Positions 39,481 to 48,949 of a stretch of 64,000 nucleotides of DNA are shown one piece after another. The stretch's first letter is position 1, and each line of letters opens with the position of its first letter. The stretch comes from Heterodontus francisci. Its lineage: Eukaryota. The stretch lies in the NCBI RefSeq assembly GCF_036365525.1, contig NC_090404.1, forward strand, positions 3,472,001-3,536,000, written 5' to 3'. Position numbers and translations under genes: made by a program. The notes below the pieces were generated by a model. That model did no database searches. It had not been told where the DNA came from and was given only the letters and a program-made list of their open reading frames with translations.

Positions 39481-40570
39481 TCATGTCCCCTCTTAATCCT
39501 TCTACCAACCACCTTAAATCTGTGCCTCCTGGAAATTGACCTCTCTGCTAGGGGAAATAGGTCCTTCATGTATACCTTAGTTAGGCCCCTCAAAATTTTG
39601 TACACCACAATTAGGTCACCCTCAGCCTCCTCTGTTCTCAGGAAAACAACCCTAACATATCCAATCTTTTCTCATCGCTGCAACATTCAAGCCCTGGCAA
39701 CATTCTTGCAAATGTCCTCAGCACTCTCTCCACAGCAACTATGTCCTTTCTGTAATGTCGCGAACGGAACTGTACGCAATACTCCATCTGTGACCGAACC
39801 AATGTTTTATACAGTTCCAACATTACATCCCTGCTTTTGTATTCTATACTTCAGCCAATAAATGAAAGCATTCCATATGTCTTCTTCAGAACTTTATCTA
39901 CCTGTCCTGCCACTTTCAGGGACCTGTGGAAATGCACTCCAAGGTGTCTCACTTCTTCTACTCCGCTCAATATCCTCCCATTTATTTTGTATTCCCTCGC
40001 TTTATTTGCCCTCCCCAAGTGCATCACCTCACATTTCTCCAGATTGAATTCCATATGTCACTTTTCCGCCCACTCAACCAAACCATCAATATCATTCTGG
40101 AGTCTACAGCTATCCTCTTCACTATCAAGTAAACGACCAAATGTTGTGCCATTAGCAAATTTCCCAATCATGCCTCCCACATTTTAGCCCAAATTAATAA
40201 TATATACCACAAACAGCAAGAGGCCCAACACTGAGCCCAGTGAAACGCCACTGGAAGCAGCTTTCCATTGACAACAACATCCGTCGACTACTACCCTTTG
40301 TTTCTTATCGCTGAGCCAATTTTAGATCCAACCTGCCATAACCCTATATCCCATGGGCTTTTATTTTGCTGACTAGTCTGCCATGTGGGACCTTGCCTTA
40401 CTAACATCCATGTATACCACATCCACTGCACTACCTTCATCAATCTTCCTTGTTACTGCCTCAAAGAATTCAATTAAGTTAGTAAGACATGACCTTCCCT
40501 GAAAAAACCTATGCTGACCATCACTCATCAGTCCGCGCATTTTTAAGTGGCAGCTTATCCTGTCCTTCAG
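39481..40570 (-). mobile_element. CR1 RT/3' fragment
   Basis: ORFs 39851-40054 (MEFNLEKCEVMH) and 39638-39823 (LYKTLVRSQMEYCVQF). Confidence 0.85.
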
Positions 40571-40901
40571 TTCAAAGACCGTATGAGCTCAGAGACAGAG
40601 TGAGCTCAGATTCACTGTGAGCTCAGAGAGAGTGAGAGTTCAATGTCAATGTGAGCTCAGCAACAGTATGAGCTCAGATACAGTGTGAGCTCAGAGACAG
40701 TGTGAGCTGGTGTCAGTTGGAAACACTGAGTGTGAGCTGCCCTGGGTGGGTTTATCCCAAGAATCAGCCTATTTCGTTACTTCGACAGGATGAAGCCTCT
40801 GATCTGGATCTGAAGCGGGAGTTTGGCACCTTGCTAATTCTGCTGAATAGAAAACCCTGAGTCTTACCCGACTTCCCTGTACAATTCTTTCTGCTGCGAT
40901 A

Positions 40902-41236
40902 ATGCTCCGGATATACAGCGTTTCCTTGCTGTTTTGCACCCTGATCGGCACAGAGGTGACGGGTGAAGATGAGGTGATGCAGTTGCCTCGGCGGGAGATT
41001 GTTACTGAAGCTGGAATCGTCTCCATGAACTGTAGCATTACCGTTCCGTTCAGCGTCCTGCACTGGTACAGACAGCTCCCGAATCAGCCCCTCCAGCATC
41101 TGGTGATGGCCACACGCGGGACCGATGAACACGGGAGGATCACTGCTTCAATTGGGGGAAGGAACCAACTCAGTGCCCTGACTGTGAGAGACGCCCGAGT
41201 GACAGGCACAGCCACCTAACTCTGCGCAATCAGGGC
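40902..41236 (+). pseudogene. TCR alpha-type V pseudogene with apparently intronless leader
   Basis: MLRIYSVSLLFCTLIGTEVTG-EDEVMQ...SMNC...LHWYRQLP...SALTVRD...TAT*LCAIR; TAA at 41217-41219 replaces the Tyr of YxC; similar to V 44447-44728. Confidence 0.85.
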
Positions 41237-41275
41237 CACAGTGTAACGAACAGATGGAGAGTCCGTACAGAAATC
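41237..41275 (+). promoter_or_regulatory. 23-RSS
   Basis: CACAGTG + 23 nt + ACAGAAATC. Confidence 0.9.
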
Positions 41276-41297
41276 TGCATCGAGTGGGAGATCCGCT

Positions 41298-41720
41298 CAT
41301 AGAGTCATAGAGTCCTACAGCATAGAAACAGGCCCTTCGGCCCACTGCGTCCATGCCGCCCATAATGCCTATCTATACTAATCCCACCTGCCTGTATTAA
41401 TTCCATATCCCTCTATGCCTTGCTTATTCAAGTACCTGCCCAGATGCCTCTTAAATGTTGCAACTGTTCCTGCCTCCACCACCTCCTCAGGCAGCTCATT
41501 CCAGATACCCACTATTCTTTGTGTGAAAAATTTGTCCCTTTGATCCCCTTTAAACCTCCTCCCTCTCACCTTAAATCTATGCCCTCTAGTTTTAATCATC
41601 CTTGCCATGGGAAACAGACTCTGGCTATCTACCCTATCTATGCCTCTCATAATTTTATATACCTCTATCATGTCCCCTCTTAGCCTCCTTTGCTCCAGGG
41701 AAAACAGACTCAGCCTATCC
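41298..41720 (-). mobile_element. CR1 3' fragment
   Basis: Near-identical to 22912-23345; EQRRLRGDMIEVYKI. Confidence 0.9.
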
Positions 41721-42467
41721 AATCTTTCCTTATAACTCACAGGGAAGGGCCTCAAAAATAGCACATAGAGAAGAGAGGTAACGAAAACAAGAAATACAGC
41801 GATTTGGAAACAGAGAGAACAGAGAGTGTGAAAAGAAAAATGAGAGCGAGAAAGAGAAAATAATTTACTGAATCGTATAGAGGACAGCAAATAAGGAAAT
41901 AAGGAAAGAAAAATGAAAACAAAACTGAGAAAAGCGAGAGCGAGATGCAAAGTTCAACGGCAAGAGAAAGCCGTAACGAAAATGATTCAGCAATAAAGTG
42001 AAGTACTTTTTCCTTTCAACTGAGTCACATTTTCCTTACTCCTATTTACACAGTTGATTTATTTGGAACACGTCTCTCAGTAGAAGACCGCTGGGATACT
42101 GCCGCATAGATGAACTTACTTTGTCCATTATCCGAACAGTGTAACGTTTCCAGAGTCACCACCAGGAGGCTCCATGGTCACACACTTTTTGCTATTTTTT
42201 TGCTAAAATCTGATTATACTATGGTCGCTGCATATTTATATATCTCTGTCAATTTATTTTTCAGTCGATGAGTCTGGCTGTCTGTCTGTGTGAACATCAT
42301 TTGCCTGTCTGAACATTTATCATATATCTGATTTTCAATCTATCTGTTGAACTGTCGATCTATGTATCTATGTGTCTACCAAACTGCTTGCTGGTTTGTG
42401 TGTCCAATATCTGTCAGTTTGTCTATTTTTCATGTATCTATTTGTTTGCTAATCTATCTCTTGTTCT

Positions 42468-42469
42468 AA

Positions 42470-42513
<44 letters not shown>
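42468..42513. repeat. (TATC)n microsatellite
   Basis: About 11 perfect TATC units. Confidence 0.95.
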
Positions 42514-42612
42514 GCTGCACTTCTCCTTCGGACTACGCACTGATATTGGGTAATGAAGCACTATGATAGCGAGAGTTCACTGTCACAGTCTCTCCCGTGC
42601 TAGAACACCTGC

Positions 42613-42651
42613 AGTTTAAGTATAGGCTCTTGACCTACATACACCACTGTG
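42613..42651 (-). promoter_or_regulatory. 23-RSS
   Basis: Minus strand CACAGTG + 23 nt (GTGTATGTAGGTCAAGAGCCTAT) + ACTTAAACT. Confidence 0.88.
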
Positions 42652-42950
42652 CGGTGTTAAGACACAGAAGTATTTCCTGGAATCCCCAGCTGTCACCTCT
42701 GAAACCGTTAAACTGATGGCTCTGTATGTTTTGGCCAGAGATGAGATGAAGCGGCGTCTGGCAAATTTGGCGCTGTCACTGAACCCGTCAGTACAGCGAA
42801 TGAGAATATACTCCGGGGCCACGGACAGACCGTCCCGGTACCAGTACAAGCAAGCGCTAGCCACCTCTGTATAGGAACAGGTGATAGTCGCGATGTCTCC
42901 CTCCTGAACGGTCACCTCTGTCTTTGGTTGGTGAGTGATCAATTCTGGAG
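42652..42950 (-). CDS. TCR alpha/delta-type V exon, open frame, two non-canonical cysteines, leader uncertain
   Basis: Acceptor poly-T...TCCTTTAG|CT; PELITHQPKTEVTVQEGDIATITCSY...ACLYWYR...PEYILIRC...RF...SLTVSEVTAGDSRKYFCVLTP; canonical C, W and C; 23-RSS follows. Confidence 0.88.
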
Positions 42951-43069
42951 CTAAAGGACAGAATAGAAAAAAAAAACATGAGATAAAGTGCAGATACCAT
43001 GAATCATAAACACCAACAGGCAGGGAGACAATCACTAAGATTACCATCGTTTGTTAGCATTTTCTTAAT

Positions 43070-44100
43070 TGTTTATGGGGATGTGGGCAAGTCTGGTATT
43101 TATTTCCCATTGCTATTTCCCTTCGATAAGGGTCTTGAACCACTGCAGTCCAGTGTGGTCAAGGTATTCCTGCAGTATCGTTCAGAAGGAAGTTCCAGGA
43201 TTTTGACCCAACAGCAGTGAAGCAATGGCAATACATCTCCAAGTTGGGATGGCGTGTGACCTGGAGGAGCAGTTGGAAATGGTTATGTTCCCATGTGTCT
43301 GCCGCCTTTGCTCTTCTAGGTAGGAGAGGACGCGGGATTGGGAGGTGCTGGTAAAGAAGACTTGGCGAGATGTCGCAGTGTATCCTGGAAATAGTAAACA
43401 CTTCAGCCACGCTGGACCGGTGGTGAAGGCACTGGATGTTTAACATCAAAAATAGTATCAGGAGTAGGCCATAGAGCCCATCGAGCCTGCTCCACAATTC
43501 AAAATGTCCGAGGCTGATCAGATCTTCGTTTATCTCCAGTTTCCTGCCTTTTCTCCATAACGCTTGACTTACCTATAGTTTAATAATCTATCCTAGTGCT
43601 GACTGCATCCAATGGCTCAAGCTCTACTGCTCTCTGGCGTAAGAGTTCCCAAGATTCACGAGCCATTGATAGAAGAGGTTTCTCCTCATCGTCGTCTTAA
43701 ATGGGGGAACCCTTATTCTGAAGCTGTGCCTCCCGTTCTAAATTTGCCCACGAGGTGAAACACTCGTTTGAGAGTTGTGCCTTTAATGGCATTATCCAAA
43801 CACACGGATATGACGGGTTTTGATTGTAGAGTAAATCGGGAGAAGCGTTTTCAATTGTCAGAAGCTCTGGTCACCAGAGGACACACACCTCAGATCATTG
43901 GCAAAACAATAAGAGGACGGACCCAACAGAATATTTTCTAAGCCATCCTGCAGTTATGGTTTGGAATGCACTGCCAGAAATGATGGTGGAAGCAAGCTAA
44001 ATGATAACTTTCAAAGGGATCAGGATATATTTTTTATATTGGAAATTTTGGAAGGAATTTGGCCAAAGAGCAGGGAGGGATGCTAATTGGACATCTATTT
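43070..44100. mobile_element. Cluster of degraded LINE 3' fragments (L2-like on -, CR1 on - and +)
   Basis: Family 3' end motifs at 43070-43445, 43450-43760 and 43770-44100. Confidence 0.65.
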
Positions 44101-44407
44101 CAATATTGTTAATACAACAGAAAATACAAGATAAGGGAATGAAATGGGAAATTGAGAAGCTAATAGGCAAACTATCCTTCATTAATGTCCTCATGTTAAG
44201 AGGATATTGGTCACTGTATATAGAAAGAGGATTTGCTCTAGTCGCTATGGGTATGGTCACGGTAATTAATTGCATCAATATCTGTACACTGTGCCTGCAC
44301 ACAGCAACCCGTTCACCGTTCGTGTGTTTTTCAGACAGGACATGCTGTGGTTCTGATATTGCTGGAGTTGAGATGGGTAGGCAGTCGGTATTGCCTTTGA
44401 CTGTCTG

Positions 44408-44446
44408 CATTTTTGTAGTGGCTCCCCACTGGGCTGTAACACAGTG
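44408..44446 (-). promoter_or_regulatory. 23-RSS
   Basis: Minus strand CACTGTG + 23 nt (TTACAGCCCAGTGGGGAGCCACT) + ACAAAAATG. Confidence 0.88.
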
Positions 44447-44728
44447 CGATCACCGCACACAAGTAGATGCCAACATCTGATGCAGCAATGTCTCTAATGG
44501 TCAGAGCGCTGTACTTCTGGGCTCCATGAAGAGTAGCCCAAGTCTTTCCTGCTTTTACAGTGCTGTCCAGTGCAGTCGCGACCAGTTGCAGATGCCGTCC
44601 GGGATAATACCGGTACCACTGAGTGTAGCTGAGCAGGATATTGGTGCTGCAGTTCATTGTAATGGAGGACCCTTCCACAGCAACCAATGTCGGAGGAGAC
44701 TGGGAGATCTCATCTTTGGCCAGGACAT
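44447..44728 (-). CDS. TCR alpha-type V gene, V exon (apparently functional)
   Basis: Acceptor TGTTGCAG|AT; DVLAKDEISQSPPTLVAVEGSSITMNC...QWYRYYPG...SALTIRDIAASDVGIYLCAVI; no stops; RSS follows. Confidence 0.9.
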
Positions 44729-45072
44729 CTGCAACATGTAATCAAATGCATGGGCCAAAGAATGGGAATTGTTAACCGTTCATGCATTTATGTAGTTGGG
44801 ATCACATTGAATTTGACAGCACAGGGACGAGTCATATGCCCCAGCAAGGCAATACTGGTGTTTACCCTCACAAACTATTTTTTCACCCGATCACATTATC
44901 CTTCTATTTCTTTCACTCCTCTTCAAGGCTATTTTCCTCAATAACTCCTTGTGATAGGGAGTTCCATTATCTGAGCAAAGAGGTTTTGACTAAATTCCAT
45001 AATGGATTTATTAGTCACTATCTTATACTTATGATCCAGAGATTTCATTTCCCACTCCTAAAGCTAGTAATG

Positions 45073-45440
45073 ATTTAGATTTAGATTTTTTAGATTTAGA
45101 GATACAGCACTGAAACAGGCCCTTCGGCCCACCGAGTCTGTGCCGATCTTTAACCGACCATTAGTGTATACTAATCCTACACTAATCCCATATTCCTACC
45201 ACATCCTCACCTATCCCTATATTCCACTACCACCTACCTATACTAGGGGCAATTTATAATGGCCAATTTACCTATCAACCTGCAAGTCTTTTGGCTGTGG
45301 GAGGAAACCGGAGCACCCGGAGGAAACCCACGCAGACATAGGGCGAACTTGCAAACTCCACACAGGCAGTACCCATAATTGAACCCGGGTCGCTGGAGCT
45401 GTGAGGCTGCGGTGCTAACCACTGCGCCACTGTGCCGCCC
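45073..45440 (-). mobile_element. HE1-like V-SINE in the V leader intron
   Basis: Full-length reverse-complement copy with A and B boxes and (TCTAAA)n tail. Confidence 0.9.
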
Positions 45441-45588
45441 AAACTTATATATTTTTTAAATCCAACACTTAAATTTGGTCAACCACGAGTAAAATGACTA
45501 AAGGATCTTTCGTCGAAGTCCAATTGTATAAAGAAGTGTACAGAGATGGCCTGAAAGTTAATGTGGGAGAAACTACAGTGTAGCTCAC

Positions 45589-45646
45589 CTGAGAAGATTG
45601 TTGTTAGATGGAAGATAATTAAAGTTATTCGGATCTCCATCTTCAT
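45589..45646 (-). CDS. Leader exon of V 44447-44728
   Basis: MKMEIRITLIIFHLTTIFS + G|GTGAGC phase-1 donor, in frame with the V exon (G+AT=Asp). Confidence 0.85.
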
Positions 45647-45694
45647 GTTCTGCTTAAAGGGGCTCTGACCACGAAGTAAGCAGCAGCACTCACC

Positions 45695-45700
45695 TTTATA
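45695..45700 (-). promoter_or_regulatory. TATA box of V promoter
   Basis: TATAAA about 50 bp upstream of the leader ATG; same arrangement at the 31533 V pseudogene. Confidence 0.55.
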
Positions 45701-46879
45701 GTGGGGACAAGGCTCAGACAGGATGTGCAGTTGTCATACTTCCATCCAACCACTAACTTAAAAGCAAAGCCTAGTAGACTGCTATGCACAATGTTAGTTA
45801 AACTTATTTTGCAACAGTGGAGTCAATGAAGAGAGAAATACTATCAGAAAGCTGCTGAACAAACAAGTTTAAAAAGTTACAATTAAGGGCTGCGGCTATC
45901 ACGGTATTTCCGTTGTGATATATTAAATAAAGGTGAACATTAGTACAATGATTTTAAGAGGTATCGGCAGAGGGAGAGAGATAAAGATGAGACTGAGTAC
46001 AGTGATACAGAGAGACACCAACAGAGGGAGTTGTATTCAGCTGTGTGCATACAAAGTCACAGAAAGTGAACAGTGCTGTCTCATCCCCCGACGTTGACAA
46101 ATGTGGTAAGAGGATTGGCACTGTGCTGTGCAATCCAAATGGACAATGGGAGGACTAAACACAGCCTGACTGAGGTAGAGTGACTCACAGGGACACAGAG
46201 AGAAGAAACTGACGCCGATGGAAGTTCAGTGACACACATACAGAGTACAGATTGTACAGTGTCACAAGGGGAAATGGCAATGTGTGGAAATGTAGGAACT
46301 ATATAAGGAATGGGAAGGATGGGGAGAAACGAGCAGAATGTTTTGGGGAAATCATTTAAAATAGAGTTTGAAAAAAGCTGATAGGCAACAAAAAAAATTG
46401 CAGGTCAAAATAAAACAGTTTCTTCCTATGGAATAGAACAATACAAGTGATTGAATGAAAGGGTGACCTGATCCCTGGGCAGGTGAATGCAAGTTCCCTC
46501 GGTGAATCAGCTGAGGGACAAGTTGTACTCAAAAATTAAATGTTGATCGCCAGGGAACAGTTCAAAAAGTGACATTCCAGCCGCACACAGGCTCAGAAAC
46601 AAACCGCTCGGGCATACTGGCACATGGTAGAAGGTTTCACCGCCCCATCACCAGCGTCAACGCAGCGAACTCCCCTTGAAATCCTCTACAATTGGGCGGC
46701 GGGGTCGAAGACACGGAAAGCTGTTACTTGGTCTAAAACTGGACGGGGCAGAGCGTAGATTGAGTTCCAAGCCTTTGCAATATTAGGACAAGTCAGAGCC
46801 ACTGATCTGAAGTCAGGTCGATAAATGTCTCTGTCCCTTTAAACTCCTTGTCTCACTGCACAGGGATTGAAAATGTACT

Positions 46880-48300
46880 GTACGTCGCCAGAATATAAAT
46901 AAAGACGTTGTCTAATGAAGTAATAGTTGAGATGGAGCCTAGAATGTTATAAACGTGAAATGGTCTAGTGCTTTATTCGTAGCGGGATGTCTAGCAATAA
47001 CAAAAGCAGTCCTTAGTCTAACATAAACAGACACATATTCTAATGCAGTAATAAGTGAGACTAGGCCTAGCGTAATGCAAACTGAGATATGGTCTAATTG
47101 CAGTAATACCTGAGACAGAACCTAGCGCAATACAAACAGAGATATGGTCTAATGCAGTAATAAGTGAGACAGAACCTAGCGTAATATAAACAGAGATATG
47201 GTCTAATGCAGTAATAACTGAGGCAGGGCCTAGCGTAATATAAATAGAAATATGGTCTAATGCAGTAATAACTGAGACAGAACCTAGCGCAATATAAACA
47301 GAGATATGGTCTAATGCAGTAATAACTGAGGCAGGGCCTAGCGTAATATAAATAGAGATATGGTCTAATGCAGAAATAACTGAGACAGGGCCTAGCGCAA
47401 TACAAACAGAGATATGGTATAATGTAGTAATAACTGAGGCAGGGCCTAGTGTAATATAAATAGAGATATGGTCTAATGCAGTAATAACTGAGGCAGGGCC
47501 TAGTGTAATATAAATAGAGATATGGTCTAATGCAGAAATAACTGAGACAGGGCCTAGCGCAATACAAACAGAGATATGGTCTAATGCAGTAATAACTGAG
47601 ACAGGGCCTCGCATAATATCAACAGAGATATGGTCTAATGCAGTAATAACTGAGGCAGGGCCTAGCGTAATATAAACAGAGATATGGTCTAATACTGTAA
47701 AAACTGAGACAGGGCCTAGCGTAATACAAACAGAGATATGTTATAGTGCAGGAATAGGTGAGGCAGGGCCCAGTGTAATATTAACGGAGACATGGTCTAG
47801 TGCAGTAATAACTGAGTCAGAGCCTAGTTTAGAGATACAGCACTGAAACAGGCCCTTCGGCCCACCGAGTCTGTGCCGACCATCAACCATCCATTTATAA
47901 CTAACCGTACACTAATTCCATATCCCCACCTGTCCCTATATTTCCCTACCACCTACCAATACTAGGAGCAATTGCAAATGGCCAATTTGCCTATCAACCT
48001 AGTGTAATACATATATAAAAAAAGAGTTGGTCAAATGCAATAATAAATGAAACAGGGTTCAGTCAAATACAAAGAGAGACATCGTCGACTGTACCATAAA
48101 CAGAAACGGAGATGAGTGCTGCAATAGCAAAGAAAGAACCTAATTAGCATGAACAGACAGGGGGCCTCGTGCAGTAGTAATGGGACAGGGCCTAGTCCAA
48201 TACAAAGAGCAGCATCGTTTAGTTCAGAAATAATTGGATTTTGTAAAATAAACAGTGATATACCGGAGTGCATTAATAACTGAGACTGATCCACTCGTGA
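46880..48300 (+). repeat. 54-bp minisatellite (homogeneous core about 47040-47825, degenerate flanks)
   Basis: Unit GAGATATGGTCTAATGCAGTAATAACTGAGRCAGGGCCTAGCGYAATAYAAAYA; 18-aa periodicity in the spurious ORFs 47018-47614 and 47094-47567. Confidence 0.95.
47826..48000 (-). mobile_element. 5'-truncated HE1-like SINE inserted in the minisatellite
   Basis: GAGATACAGCACTGAAACAGGCCCTTCGGCCCACCGAGTC... matches the SINE 3' half. Confidence 0.85.
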
Positions 48301-48697
48301 AATTAAACTAGGCAAAAGATACTTTTTATCGTGCGAATGGATTTTACACTTCTCATCAAATCATCTTAAATCAGCTTGTAAAGGAAGTGTCATAATTGCA
48401 GATAGAATTAGATTTGTAGAAGTGACCAAACTCAAATTCTTCTCCTTCGGGACCATCGAGTGCGACAGATGCTGGAAAATCCATTTACCAGAGGATAGAT
48501 GCACTCCTCAATTTAATCCGTGTGAGTTCTAGGAGCACAATAAGATTTGACACCTTTCAGATGCTGATAAACAAGTCCCAGCCCTGCCAGTGGGCGAAGC
48601 TGGAACCTTACCTCAGCAGTGAATGGGCGACTCTCCGTATAATAGTGGCAGAGATCAGCGGTTCCAGACAGATGCTGCCGGGTTTTTCCTGGACGTG

Positions 48698-48714
48698 TGC
48701 CGCCATCTGGTGGA
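48698..48714 (-). promoter_or_regulatory. CTCF-like motif
   Basis: Minus strand TCCACCAGATGGCGGCA, full match to CCASYAGRKGGCRS; motif match only. Confidence 0.55.
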
Positions 48715-48949
48715 ATAAGTCAGTATTTCTCCCCAGCAAGTTTTCCACCAATTCGGAGAACTATTGCAGAGGCGTATCTTTTATTCGACATTTAAAAGGA
48801 GAAAGTGCCAAAACCATTGAGGTAATTAAATAGTTGTATTTAGAACAAACAAAACACAGTTAACAATATTAGGTTGCTAAAACTCTTACCAGCTAAGGCA
48901 ATAGAGACAGTGTCGAGACATGACCCGAGGAGTCGAGGCCTTCACTTAA

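Larger units (their letters stand above)
34260..40788. mobile_element. Putative non-autonomous TIR element (about 1 kb core) expanded by nested CR1 insertions
   Basis: About 100-bp imperfect inverted repeats CTGTCGAAGTAACAAAATAAGCTGA... (34260) / ...TCAGCCTATTTCGTTACTTCGACAG (40788); GTGAGCTCAGA subterminal array split into 34950-35015 and 40580-40710; no TSD seen. Confidence 0.65.

Noticed and set aside
34260-40788. RAG/Transib-like transposon interpretation of the TIR element
   Set aside because: Termini start (C)TGTCG rather than CAC; the heptamer-like strings are internal repeat units without nonamers; no transposase
44255-44330. Possible D segment downstream of the intact V (minus strand TGCTGTG-TGCAGG-CACAGTG)
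   Set aside because: No acceptable nonamer at 12 or 23 nt on either side (best ACCGTGACC), and no J motif (FGxG with 12-RSS) found between the V segments
46560-46740. Possible decayed V remnant (EDTESCYL-like frame)
   Set aside because: No conserved Cys/Trp framework and no RSS
47018-47614. 198-aa and 157-aa repetitive ORFs
   Set aside because: By-products of the 54-bp minisatellite, whose unit length is divisible by 3; no gene context
46880-48300. CRISPR-like appearance of the tandem arrays (also 27858-28228)
   Set aside because: No unique spacers, eukaryotic context and no cas genes
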